NCBI GenBank assembly: GCA_038230835.1
Contig: JBBRMM010000011.1
Coordinates: forward strand, 52,529-116,528
Reading direction: 5' to 3'
DNA from: Gaiellales bacterium
GTDB taxonomy: Bacteria; Actinomycetota; Thermoleophilia; Gaiellales; JAICJC01
DNA: 64,000 bases
Made by a program: the position numbers and the translations under genes. Positions 33,960 through 42,718 of this stretch are shown here, in pieces (the first letter of the stretch is position 1; the number at the start of each line of letters is the position of its first letter). The notes under the pieces are model-generated. The model saw only the letters and a program-made list of their open reading frames with translations. It ran no database searches and was not told where the DNA came from.

Positions 33960-35282
33960 GTGATCGTCGAGAAATCGGCAGACGCGCTCGAGTCCGTCAC
34001 TGAGGACTTTGGCCACGTGCTTCGTGGTTCGCCCGAGGGAATCGTCCGCCCGCGGTCGGCTGAGGACGTCGTGGAGGCTGTGAGGGAAGCGGCCTCGTCG
34101 GGTTCGAGGCTGACGCTGCGGGGAGTCGGTCACAGCGCGGGTGGCCAGGCGCTTGCGGTGGACTCGGTGGTGGTCGACCTGTCGGAGATGCGTGGCGTTG
34201 GACGCGTTGACTTGGAGCGTGGGACGATCCGTTGCGAGGCCGGTGCGCGGTTGCGGGAGGTTGTTGCGGCGACGCTGACGCGTGGCCTGCTGCCGCGCGC
34301 GCTCACTAATCTGCTCGATCTGACGGTGGGTGGTCTGCTCTCGGTCGGTGGGATTGGGCCGGGGAGTCACCAGTACGGCCCGGTAGTCGCGAACGTGGCA
34401 GCGCTTGAGGTGGTGACGGGCGACGGCTCGCTGAGGCGCTGCTCGCGCACCGAGGCTCGCGAGCTGTATGACGCGGTGCTGGGTGGGCTCGGCCGGTGTG
34501 GCGCGATCGTCTCGGCGGAGTTGGAGCTGCGTCGGGTTCGCTCGCGCGTCCGCACCTACTACTTGCTCTACGACGACGTCCGGCGGTGGATGGCAGACCA
34601 GCAGGCGCTCGCGCGCACCGATGGCGTCAGCTCCATGGAGGGTTTCTGCTCACCGAGCATGCAGGGTCTGCGTGGGATCGGTGGTCGGCGCGCGGGCTTT
34701 GTGGAGTGGTTCTTTCCGCTGCAGGTCTCGTTCGAGTTCGATGAGGAGGCGCCGCAGCTGCCAAAGCAGCTGTCGCCCTACCGCGTCCTGCACGTCGAGG
34801 ACGACGAGATCACTCACTTCCCAGCTCGTCACGACACGCGCTTTGAGATGGTCCGGCGGCTCGGGGCGTGGGAGCGCCCCCACCCGTACGTTGGAGCGTT
34901 CATCGGGGCTGAGGCGCTAGTCGAGGTGCTGCCCGCGGTACTGGACGCCCTGCCGTTGGGCGAGGGTCATCGCGGCACCTTCTTCGTCGCTGCCGACGCC
35001 GCGCCGCCGCTGATGGCGCTGCCCGACGCTCAGGACGTCGTTTTTTTGGCCGTGATCTACCCCCAGATCCTGCCGCAGTTCCTCGATGGCACCCTCGCGG
35101 CGTTCCAGCGCGCGGGCGACATCCTCATCGACGCCGGCGGCAAGCGCTATGTCGCCGACTGGCTGGGGGACATGGGTGAAGACGACTGGCGTCGGCACTT
35201 CGGCTCGCGCCACGAATGGTGGGTCGAGTCGAAGCGGAGATTCGATCCGTACGGCGTCTTCTGCTCACTTCTGCTGCCATGA
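33960..35282 (+). CDS. FAD-linked oxidase (PCMH/FAD_binding_4 type, cytokinin-dehydrogenase-like)
   Basis: 440 aa. PRSAEDVVEAVREA, RGVGHSAGGQA, LTVGGLLSVGGIG. The C-terminal domain resembles cytokinin dehydrogenase-type substrate domains. Confidence 0.7.
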   Translation: MIVEKSADALESVTEDFGHVLRGSPEGIVRPRSAEDVVEAVREAASSGSRLTLRGVGHSAGGQALAVDSVVVDLSEMRGVGRVDLERGTIRCEAGARLREVVAATLTRGLLPRALTNLLDLTVGGLLSVGGIGPGSHQYGPVVANVAALEVVTGDGSLRRCSRTEARELYDAVLGGLGRCGAIVSAELELRRVRSRVRTYYLLYDDVRRWMADQQALARTDGVSSMEGFCSPSMQGLRGIGGRRAGFVEWFFPLQVSFEFDEEAPQLPKQLSPYRVLHVEDDEITHFPARHDTRFEMVRRLGAWERPHPYVGAFIGAEALVEVLPAVLDALPLGEGHRGTFFVAADAAPPLMALPDAQDVVFLAVIYPQILPQFLDGTLAAFQRAGDILIDAGGKRYVADWLGDMGEDDWRRHFGSRHEWWVESKRRFDPYGVFCSLLLP

Positions 35283-35408
35283 CACTGGACGAGGCGTGTC
35301 CCGGCGGTCTTGCCGAGTTGACGGCGTGATGGGTGTTTGAGAGGATTGACGAAGGGTCGGATGAGGACGCGCCTTGCCTCGTTCGAGTCCACCAAGGGGG
35401 GTGTTCAG

Positions 35409-36356
35409 ATGAGTCGCGATCGGGTGGAGGGTGCGGTGGCATGGGGACGACGGCGCCCGCGTCTGGCCGTGCCAGCCTTCTTCGCGATGGTCGTGGTGGC
35501 GCTGCTGTCGCCAAGTTCCGCATCGGCATGGGACGTGGCCAGCGCCAACGGTGTCGTGCACGTCACGAACGTCCACATCAACGGCGGCGGCAGCCAGGCG
35601 AAGGTCGCGGCCGGCAGTACCGTCCAGGTCACGTTCTCGTACGCTCTCAACGACCCGTGCTTCACGTGCGTGGATCAGTTGGAGGTTGGGTGGAGCGATC
35701 AGGGGCCACGCCGGTGCGTGTTCGACGGGCCGACTCCGACGGCGGGGACGGCGTCGTTTTCGCTCACCGCACCCAGCAAGGTGGGCGAGTATTACATCGC
35801 CGTGGATCAGGGGGGTGACTCGTCCTGCGGTGCGACGCTTCCGGTGCCCGGTCCGACCTGGTGGAACGGCAATCCGCCCGATCCAGACACCCGGCTCATC
35901 GGCCGGGTCGGCGTCAAGACGACGGCTGACTCGTTCCACCTAGAGTCTGGCGGCAAAGTCGGCGGGCTGGTCAGGATCAGCCGCGTGCACATCAACGGCG
36001 GCGGCAACCAGGCCACCGTCTCCCCAGGCAGCGACGTCGTCGTGAGCATGGAGTACTTCATCGACGACACCGCCTGCACGACGTGCCTCGACGAGATCGT
36101 GGTCGGCCTCGCCAACGACACCAGCCCAGCGGCGTGCATCTACTTTGGCACTCCCGGAGCAGTGGGCGTTTCGGCGTCGTCCTCGGCACATTTTGCGGCG
36201 CCGACCACGGCTGGGTCGTACTTCATCGCGTTTGACCGCTCCCAGTCATCCTCCGGATGCCCGACGGCCTGGTGGACATCCGCCCACCCCGAAGCCAATC
36301 CATCGTCGGGAAAACGCGGGGACACCCAGTTCATCGGACACCTGACGGTCACGTAG
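35409..36356 (+). CDS. Secreted protein made of two tandem ~140-aa Cys-containing domains (unknown family)
   Basis: ATG at 35409 with SD AAGGGGGG. Signal peptide RRRPRLAVPAFFAMVVVALLSPSSASA. Two repeats both carry VHINGGGxQAxV..GS.V.V...Y..D..C..C.D...VG ... Y(Y/F)IA.D ... C ... WW. Confidence 0.6.
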   Translation: MSRDRVEGAVAWGRRRPRLAVPAFFAMVVVALLSPSSASAWDVASANGVVHVTNVHINGGGSQAKVAAGSTVQVTFSYALNDPCFTCVDQLEVGWSDQGPRRCVFDGPTPTAGTASFSLTAPSKVGEYYIAVDQGGDSSCGATLPVPGPTWWNGNPPDPDTRLIGRVGVKTTADSFHLESGGKVGGLVRISRVHINGGGNQATVSPGSDVVVSMEYFIDDTACTTCLDEIVVGLANDTSPAACIYFGTPGAVGVSASSSAHFAAPTTAGSYFIAFDRSQSSSGCPTAWWTSAHPEANPSSGKRGDTQFIGHLTVT

Positions 36357-36432
36357 TTTTGGGATCCAGTAACCCACGAGTTCGATGTTTCGAAGCATCT
36401 ATCACGACTCCGCAACACGACCGTCTCACGGA

Positions 36433-36457
36433 CCGTATGGGGTCTGACCCCGGGGTG
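36433..36457 (+). repeat. 25-nt direct repeat, copy B (ccgtatggggtctgaccccggggtg)
   Basis: 23/25 identical to 33736..33760. It lies between the convergent stops at 36356 and 36478. Confidence 0.8.
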
Positions 36458-36477
36458 TGTCCGCCCGGTCGCCGGAG

Positions 36478-37689
36478 TCATTCCCAGTTCAGCGCGACGG
36501 GGCCTGAGCCGGCGCTGGTGCGCAGCAGCACTTGCAGCACGTGCAGCGGGGTCGAGGCTTCGCTGAACCGCGGCAGGTCGGCAGCGACGACCTCCGTCGA
36601 CGTTCCGTTCGAGAGCGCCAGCGCCAGTCGGCGGCGGTCCGGCGACGCAGCGAGCCCACTGATCGTGGCGGGGGTGGCGGTGGCGTCGTACGCAGCGACT
36701 CCGGGTTGCCCCAGCACGTACCGGCTGAGGGTCGTCCCGGCGCCGACGAGCAGCTGACGCGGCCGAATCCAGACGATGCTCGGCGCCCCGCCGGCGTGCG
36801 TTGTGCAGACCGGCGGCGTGTCTCCGGTGGTGTCGACGATCCGCACCCGCGTGCGGTCGGCGATCGCCAGCAGCCCCGAGGTCGGCGAGAACGCCACCGC
36901 GGTTGCGCGGCGCAGGCCGCAACCGGAGCGTTCGACGAACGTGCGTCCGCTCAGCACGTTGTGCACCGCCACCCGCCCATCGGCGCGGACGTACGCGAAT
37001 GCCAGCGAGTCCCAGCGCCAGGATGGTGCAACCGGAGCGACCTGGGCGTCGACCAGGCGACCGTTGGAGAGATCGCCGTAGGCGTCGTGCAGCCGGTACC
37101 TTCCGCCGGCGGCCGTCAGATAGGCGATCCGGATCGGATATGGAGACCACACCACCGCGGTCACCGCACCGTCCGTTCGACGAGACCGTACGACCCGGCC
37201 ACTCGCGATCGACACGGCTTGGATCACTTTCCCGTCGGCCTGCATGACGTACACAGCGTTCGGGCCGACGGCGACCGCCGTGCGCCGAGCTGCGCGCAGC
37301 ACGAAGCGGTGCGGCACCGCCACCCACGCGCGCCCACCGGCGAAGGTCGAGAACGAGAGCGCGCCCGGCGGCAGGGGGCCGGTGACCGGGTTCCGCGGGG
37401 CGGCGGCGGGACGGAGGTGCGTGGACGCATCCGTGAACGGCGAGCTCCCCGTCGCGGCGACCGTCACCCCGGTGGTCACCAGGGCCGTCGCGATCGCCAC
37501 GGCGGCAACCGCGCGCCAGCGCGAGCGGCGCACTATGCCGGGACCGGCGGCTGCCGCCAGCGCCGCTGCCCGGGCCCGGTCGTGGGCGGATGACGACGCT
37601 TCCACCGGCAGCTTCGTCAGTGCGCGCTCGAGGCGGCGTTCAAGCTCGCTCGGCATTTCGCTCCCGTTCTCGCTGTCGGAGGTCGTCAA
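36478..37689 (-). CDS. Putative anti-sigma factor with extracytoplasmic beta-propeller-like (TolB/WD40-like) domain
   Basis: Downstream of, and overlapping, the ECF sigma gene. One TM (AVAAVAIATALVTTGVTVAA), then repeated short beta-strand motifs (VAFSPTSGLLAIAD, LAASPDRRRLALA). The start may be the Met at 37656. Confidence 0.5.
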   Translation of the reverse strand: MTTSDSENGSEMPSELERRLERALTKLPVEASSSAHDRARAAALAAAAGPGIVRRSRWRAVAAVAIATALVTTGVTVAATGSSPFTDASTHLRPAAAPRNPVTGPLPPGALSFSTFAGGRAWVAVPHRFVLRAARRTAVAVGPNAVYVMQADGKVIQAVSIASGRVVRSRRTDGAVTAVVWSPYPIRIAYLTAAGGRYRLHDAYGDLSNGRLVDAQVAPVAPSWRWDSLAFAYVRADGRVAVHNVLSGRTFVERSGCGLRRATAVAFSPTSGLLAIADRTRVRIVDTTGDTPPVCTTHAGGAPSIVWIRPRQLLVGAGTTLSRYVLGQPGVAAYDATATPATISGLAASPDRRRLALALSNGTSTEVVAADLPRFSEASTPLHVLQVLLRTSAGSGPVALNWE

Positions 37690-38179
37690 GCGCCCGAGCC
37701 AGCCGTGAGTGCACCGTCCCCACCGGCACCTCGAGCATGCGAGCGATGTCGGCGGGCGCGTAACCGAGGCCGTAGCGCAGCACGATCACGACCCGCCGCT
37801 GAGGTGTCAGCCAGGCCACCGCCTCGAGCAGCCCGCGGTCCTCGGCGCCGACGTCGCGCCATTCCGATTCCAGCCGCTCCGGCGCCTCCAAGCCGACCAG
37901 GCGCCGCTCGCTGCGCAGCAGGTCGAGCGTCCGGTTGACCACGATCCGGTGCAGCCACGGTCCGAACGGGCGGCTGCGGTCGAACCGGCCCAGCGCCGCA
38001 AAGGCCCGCTCGAAGGCGTCCTGAGCGATGTCGTCCGCCAGGTCGCGGCGGCCGCTGACCGTGCGCGCGAGCCTCCACGCACTGCCCCAGTGCCGCTCGA
38101 AGAGCGCCGTGGCAGCTTCTCGTGAGCCGCCGTGCGCGCGGGCGACCAGCTCGCCGTCGGACGGCTCGGTCCTGCTCAT
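37640..38179 (-). CDS. ECF-type RNA polymerase sigma factor
   Basis: ATG at 38177..38179 (MSRTEPSDGE) in ORF 37640..38515. Region 2 (FERHWGSAWRLARTVSGRRDLADDIAQDAF) and region 4 HTH (YAPADIARMLEVPVGTVHSRLARA). Confidence 0.88.
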   Translation of the reverse strand: MSRTEPSDGELVARAHGGSREAATALFERHWGSAWRLARTVSGRRDLADDIAQDAFERAFAALGRFDRSRPFGPWLHRIVVNRTLDLLRSERRLVGLEAPERLESEWRDVGAEDRGLLEAVAWLTPQRRVVIVLRYGLGYAPADIARMLEVPVGTVHSRLARALDDLRQRERERNAERA

Positions 38180-38205
38180 GAGTGGAGTACGCACGACCGC
38201 GCCGG

Positions 38206-38955
38206 CTACGTCCGCCGGCAGCAGAACAGATCGGTGCGGTACGGCAGGTCGAACTCCCGGTCGCCGAACTCCGCGACCAGCCGCAGCACGTCCGCTCGCA
38301 GTTCCGACCGGGAGTCTGCGTCCAGCACCGCGATGTAGCTCGTCGATAGCACCCGATCGACCAGGCGTCCGGCGTCCACGCGTTGCGCGTGGGGGAACGA
38401 GCTGCGCTCGAGCGGGGAGAAGAGGCCCTCGGGCGCCTGCCATGTCCAGCTTTCGTACCACGGCACGCCGGGCGGCCGGTGTCGATGGACGATGCGCGAC
38501 AGCTCGGCCACCCACGGAGTCGTCAGGTCGTACGTGTTCCAGATCAGCCCTAGCCCGCCCGCAGGTGCCAGCACGCGATGGATCTCTGCCGGCGCTCGCA
38601 GCGGATCGAACCAGTGGAATGCCTGGGCAACCGTCACTGCGTCGAGCGAGCCGTCGGCGAGCGGGATCGATTCCGCGCTCCCGCCCACCACCCGCAGGCC
38701 GGGGATCTGCCGCACGAGTACGCGCCGCATCTCCGCGACCGGTTCGAGCGCGGTCAGCTCGGCGCCCAGGGGCTGCAGAAGGCGCGTCAGCTTGCCGGTA
38801 CCGGCGGCGAGATCGAGTAGCCGACGGCCCGCCCCGATGTCGATCCGTTCGGCGAGCGTGGCGACCGCGTCCTGCGGATACGACGGCCGCCCGCGCTCGT
38901 AGCTTTCGGCGGCCGATCCGAAGCCTGCCTCCGCAGTCGGGTGGGTCGGACTCAT
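38206..38955 (-). CDS. Class I SAM-dependent methyltransferase
   Basis: Motif I LLDLAAGTGKLT and FHWFD. 26 nt upstream of the sigma gene, so probably co-transcribed. Confidence 0.85.
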   Translation of the reverse strand: MSPTHPTAEAGFGSAAESYERGRPSYPQDAVATLAERIDIGAGRRLLDLAAGTGKLTRLLQPLGAELTALEPVAEMRRVLVRQIPGLRVVGGSAESIPLADGSLDAVTVAQAFHWFDPLRAPAEIHRVLAPAGGLGLIWNTYDLTTPWVAELSRIVHRHRPPGVPWYESWTWQAPEGLFSPLERSSFPHAQRVDAGRLVDRVLSTSYIAVLDADSRSELRADVLRLVAEFGDREFDLPYRTDLFCCRRT

Positions 38956-38985
38956 GGTGCGCGCGTTTTTACCGATATCACGTGG

Positions 38986-40248
38986 ATGCGGGCATGGTTG
39001 GTACCGATCCTACTGCTGGCGGTGTGCGCGGGCTGCGCAGCACAGGCGGGCGCCGTCGCGCCGGTCGGGCCGTCGGCCGTCGTGCGAGCCGACCGGCGGT
39101 TGACCACCGGCCAGACATTCGTGCAGGCGAAGCCGGTGGCGCTTGCCTACCTGAAGGCACTGGGCGCCCACGATCCGACCGGTGCGCAGGCGCAGGTGGG
39201 GTCGGCCGGGTTCGCTCAGCTCAACTCTCTGACCACGCTGCGGACCTGGTTCTCGCAGATCCCGGTCGGTCAGATGCGCATGACCGCGTCCCCGGTGGCG
39301 GTGCACGACCCTGGTAGCGTCGGGGTGCGGGTGGCGATGTCGGCCCGGCTCGGTCCGCCTCCCCGGACGTCATGGGTGCGTCTCGGCACCCGTGTGCTGC
39401 TGGTTGCCGGTCAGGACATGGGCTGGCGGGTGGTGGGTGACATATCCCAGCGGAAAGACGTTCACCAGGTGCGCACCGGGCTGTCGCTGATGACGGCGCC
39501 GAACGTGCTTTCGACTCCATCGGTGACGGTGGTGTACGGACCTCCCGAAGCGAGTTTCGCGGCCCACACGATTCTCAGCTCTGCGCAGCAGGTGGTACGC
39601 ATGCTGTACGCCAAGTACGGCGGTGGGGTTGCGGCTCGCCATCCGTTGATCTACCTGGTGGCGGGCCTGCACCAGGGTGAGGTGCTGGCCGGAGTGAAGA
39701 TCGGTCGGGCGGAAACGCCGGACGGCTGGCAGGTGGGCAACTTCGCCTACATCGACTGGCAGGTGTGGCTGAACGACGACGTGGCTACCAAGGACTCGGT
39801 GGTGGCCCACGAGTTGACCCACGTCGCCACCCACCAGATGCTCGTCGGGGCGCCGCACAGTCTCTTGGAAGGCGTCGCGATGTACGAGGAGGAGCGCTAC
39901 CTGAACTCGCTCGGGCTGTCCCGTGGGTTCGCGCTGGCCGCAGCGGCCTACCGTCACGGCTTCCCCTCGGACCGGATCTGGGGCAGCCGGTATTTCGACT
40001 GGGGTATCCGAAACCCGTATTGGGTGGACGCCTGTTACGAGGACGGAGAGGCGATGACCGCGGTCATCCTGGCCCGGTACGGCGGTCCCGCCGCGCTTGG
40101 CCGGCTCGCGGCCGCCTACCGTGCGATCGGCAGCAAGGCGCTCTACACCCCGGCCCAGGTCCGCTCGGCGTTCCAGACCGCGCTGCACATCCCGTTCGAT
40201 ACCGTCGTCGCCCAGGCGCGCGCGCTCGTCGCCTCCGCGCCGCGCTAG
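38986..40248 (+). CDS. Putative lipoprotein zinc metallopeptidase (HExxH)
   Basis: Met at 38986 gives the signal MRAWLVPILLLAVCAGCAAQ with a lipobox-like AGC. HELTH motif (VVAHELTHVATHQ) with a downstream E (EGVAMYEEE). Confidence 0.55.
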   Translation: MRAWLVPILLLAVCAGCAAQAGAVAPVGPSAVVRADRRLTTGQTFVQAKPVALAYLKALGAHDPTGAQAQVGSAGFAQLNSLTTLRTWFSQIPVGQMRMTASPVAVHDPGSVGVRVAMSARLGPPPRTSWVRLGTRVLLVAGQDMGWRVVGDISQRKDVHQVRTGLSLMTAPNVLSTPSVTVVYGPPEASFAAHTILSSAQQVVRMLYAKYGGGVAARHPLIYLVAGLHQGEVLAGVKIGRAETPDGWQVGNFAYIDWQVWLNDDVATKDSVVAHELTHVATHQMLVGAPHSLLEGVAMYEEERYLNSLGLSRGFALAAAAYRHGFPSDRIWGSRYFDWGIRNPYWVDACYEDGEAMTAVILARYGGPAALGRLAAAYRAIGSKALYTPAQVRSAFQTALHIPFDTVVAQARALVASAPR

Positions 40249-40267
40249 CGCGGGTCAGTCGGGGTTC

Positions 40268-40912
40268 TCACTCCGCCGCGTCGTCGTCGGCCGCCAAAGC
40301 GTCCAGCCGCCGCCGGTCATCTTCGCGGATCGCCATCAGCTCGCAGCCCACGCGAAGGCCGCCCTCGACCGCCTCCGTGTGCAGCACGCGCCCTCGTAGC
40401 CGCATCGGCTGGCCGCCGACGTTCGGCATCAGGGCGACGACGTCGCCCAGGCTGAAGGGGCGGTCGGTCGTGAACGCCACCCCCGCCGCGCTGAGGTCTG
40501 CCAGCATGACCTCGAACCGCTCGTTGGCCTCGAGTTCCCGGCACGCGACCACGAACAGTTCGGTCGGCTCGGCAAGGTGCAGCCTCAGGGCGGTGCGGCG
40601 GCCGTTCCGGTGGACCACCTCGGTCACCTCCACGTTCAGCAGGGCGCTCCAGTCGTCCTCCTTGGCCACCGAGGTGACGATCAGGTCGATCTCGTAGCGA
40701 TCATCGGGCCCACTTCCGACTCGCGCTCGCGCTCGCATCCGGGGATGCACTCGCAGCCGCGGTCCGCGCGCCTGGAAGACGCGACCGTTGTGGGACAGCA
40801 GCTCGAGGCGCAGGGCGCCGGAGGTGTCCGAGAGCACCTCGATCGTGATCGGCAGGCTGGGAAAGATGTCGGCGACTTGCCGCAGGAGGGCATAAGACCG
40901 TGGGAGAGCCAT
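40268..40912 (-). CDS. PilZ-domain protein (c-di-GMP receptor type), paralog 1
   Basis: C-terminal PilZ signature: RRTALR ... DLSAAGVAF. Confidence 0.65.
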   Translation of the reverse strand: MALPRSYALLRQVADIFPSLPITIEVLSDTSGALRLELLSHNGRVFQARGPRLRVHPRMRARARVGSGPDDRYEIDLIVTSVAKEDDWSALLNVEVTEVVHRNGRRTALRLHLAEPTELFVVACRELEANERFEVMLADLSAAGVAFTTDRPFSLGDVVALMPNVGGQPMRLRGRVLHTEAVEGGLRVGCELMAIREDDRRRLDALAADDDAAE

Positions 40913-40952
40913 TTGCCCCGGTTATCGACCCACGCCCGACCCGGTTTACGCG

Positions 40953-41663
40953 TCAGACTGCGGGACGGGCCGTAAGACGCTGATCGCGCGTGCCCGCCTC
41001 GGGTGCGCTGCCGGCGAGATCCGCCAGCCGCTGGCGGTCGGCGTCAGAGATGCCAAGGATGTCACACCCAACCCGGCGCCTGCCGTAGTGCGCCAGTGTG
41101 ACGTTGAGCACGCGGGCGGACACCCGCAGCACCTGGCGGTCGACGGTGGCCATCACCGCGATTCGGTCGCCCTCGCGGAGGCGGGCGTCAGTGACGAAGG
41201 CGACGCCGCCGGCTCCCAGATCGACCATGCGGACGTCGCTCTCGGCCCCGCTCGGGATGTGCTCCGCGAACTCCACCCGGACCAGTGCAAGGTCGTCCAC
41301 GCGCCCGCGGGGATACTCGCGGCTGCCGTCCACCGAGCGCACCGAGTGCACGACCAGCTGAGCCCGGGCTTCGTCGTCGGAGTGGTGGACGAGCTTCGTC
41401 GCCTCGAGTTCGATGTCGTGGCCGGCACCGTCGTTGTCACGTGCGCGAACGGTCAACCGGAGGCCCGTATGGACGCGACCGGCCGGCGCATACGCTTCGA
41501 TGGACGTCGCGTCGCTGCCGACGACGCGCAGCGGGACGACTCCGCCGTCGGCGGACAGGGCCCGGATACCGGTCGGAAGCTCCGCAAGGATGCTCAATGC
41601 GAGGCTGAGCCGTTTGCTGGGATCAGTTGGGGTCACGGACTGCTCATCGGCGCGGGGTGGCAA
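40953..41663 (-). CDS. PilZ-domain protein, paralog 2
   Basis: Same architecture as the neighbour: RGRVDDLALVRV ... MVDLGAGGVAF ... C-terminal ISDADRQRLADL versus IREDDRRRLDAL in paralog 1. Confidence 0.65.
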   Translation of the reverse strand: MPPRADEQSVTPTDPSKRLSLALSILAELPTGIRALSADGGVVPLRVVGSDATSIEAYAPAGRVHTGLRLTVRARDNDGAGHDIELEATKLVHHSDDEARAQLVVHSVRSVDGSREYPRGRVDDLALVRVEFAEHIPSGAESDVRMVDLGAGGVAFVTDARLREGDRIAVMATVDRQVLRVSARVLNVTLAHYGRRRVGCDILGISDADRQRLADLAGSAPEAGTRDQRLTARPAV

Positions 41664-41713
41664 GGTGTTGAGTTCGGCGAGGGGCCGGTGTCAGGCTACA
41701 CTCGCCGGCTCAG

Positions 41714-42718
41714 GTGCAACCTACCGATTCGCGCATCACGATGGATGTCCATCTCGGTCCGGACGAGGTCGTCGAAGCCCTGCGCGACGACGCCCGCGCC
41801 GGGTTGACCGCATCGCCACGCTGGATGCGACCGAAGTGGCTCTACGACCAGCGAGGCAGCGAACTGTTCGATCGCATCACCCGGCTACCGGAGTACTACC
41901 CGACCCGTACAGAGCGGGCGATCCTGGTTGAGCGGGCGGACGAAATCGTGCGGCTGACCCGGGCCGACACGCTCGTGGAGCTCGGATCCGGCACGTCCGA
42001 GAAGACCCGCATCCTGCTGGAGGCTCTGGACGCCGCCGGACTGCTGCGGCGCTTCGAGGCGCTCGACGTCAGCGAGCCGACCTTGCGCGAGGCCGCCTTC
42101 GCGATTCTCGCCGCGCATCCGGGGATCACGGTGCGCGCCGTGGTGGGCGACTTCGAGCGCCACATGCCCCTGCTCGCGGGGGACGGCGCGCGGCTGGTGG
42201 TGTTCCTCGGCGGCACGATCGGCAACCTGCTGCCGGACGAGCGCGCCCTGATGCTGCGCGCCGTCCGGGAGATCCTCGGCACCCGGGACGCCTTCCTGCT
42301 CGGCGTGGATCTGGTCAAGGATCCCGCAGAGATCAACGCCGCCTACAACGACTCGCAGGGGCTCACGGCCGAGTTCAACCTCAACCTGCTGCTGATCCTG
42401 AACCGCGAGCTGGGTGCGGACTTCGACCTCGCGGGATTCGAACATCGCGCGGTGTACGACACCGTCCACGAGTGGGTCGAGCTGAGCCTGGTCAGCCGGC
42501 GCGAGCAGCACGTGCGTGTGGCGGCGCTCGATCTCGAGCTGGACTTCGCCGCCGGGGAGGCGATCTACACCGAGATCAGCGCACGTTTCCGACCGCAGAG
42601 GATCACCGCCGAGTTGGCCGCCGCCGGGCTCCGGGTGGTGCAGATGTGGACCGATCGGGGTGGCGCGTTCGCGCTCACGCTCGCGGTGCCTGACGATCTC
42701 AACCCTGGTAGCGCTTGA
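41714..42718 (+). CDS. egtD: L-histidine N-alpha-methyltransferase family (EgtD-like)
   Basis: KWLYDQRGSELFDRITRLPEYYPTRTE, VELGSGTSEKT, FLGGTIGN, YNDSQGLTAEFNLNLL. The start may be the Met at 41741. Confidence 0.8.
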   Translation: MQPTDSRITMDVHLGPDEVVEALRDDARAGLTASPRWMRPKWLYDQRGSELFDRITRLPEYYPTRTERAILVERADEIVRLTRADTLVELGSGTSEKTRILLEALDAAGLLRRFEALDVSEPTLREAAFAILAAHPGITVRAVVGDFERHMPLLAGDGARLVVFLGGTIGNLLPDERALMLRAVREILGTRDAFLLGVDLVKDPAEINAAYNDSQGLTAEFNLNLLLILNRELGADFDLAGFEHRAVYDTVHEWVELSLVSRREQHVRVAALDLELDFAAGEAIYTEISARFRPQRITAELAAAGLRVVQMWTDRGGAFALTLAVPDDLNPGSA

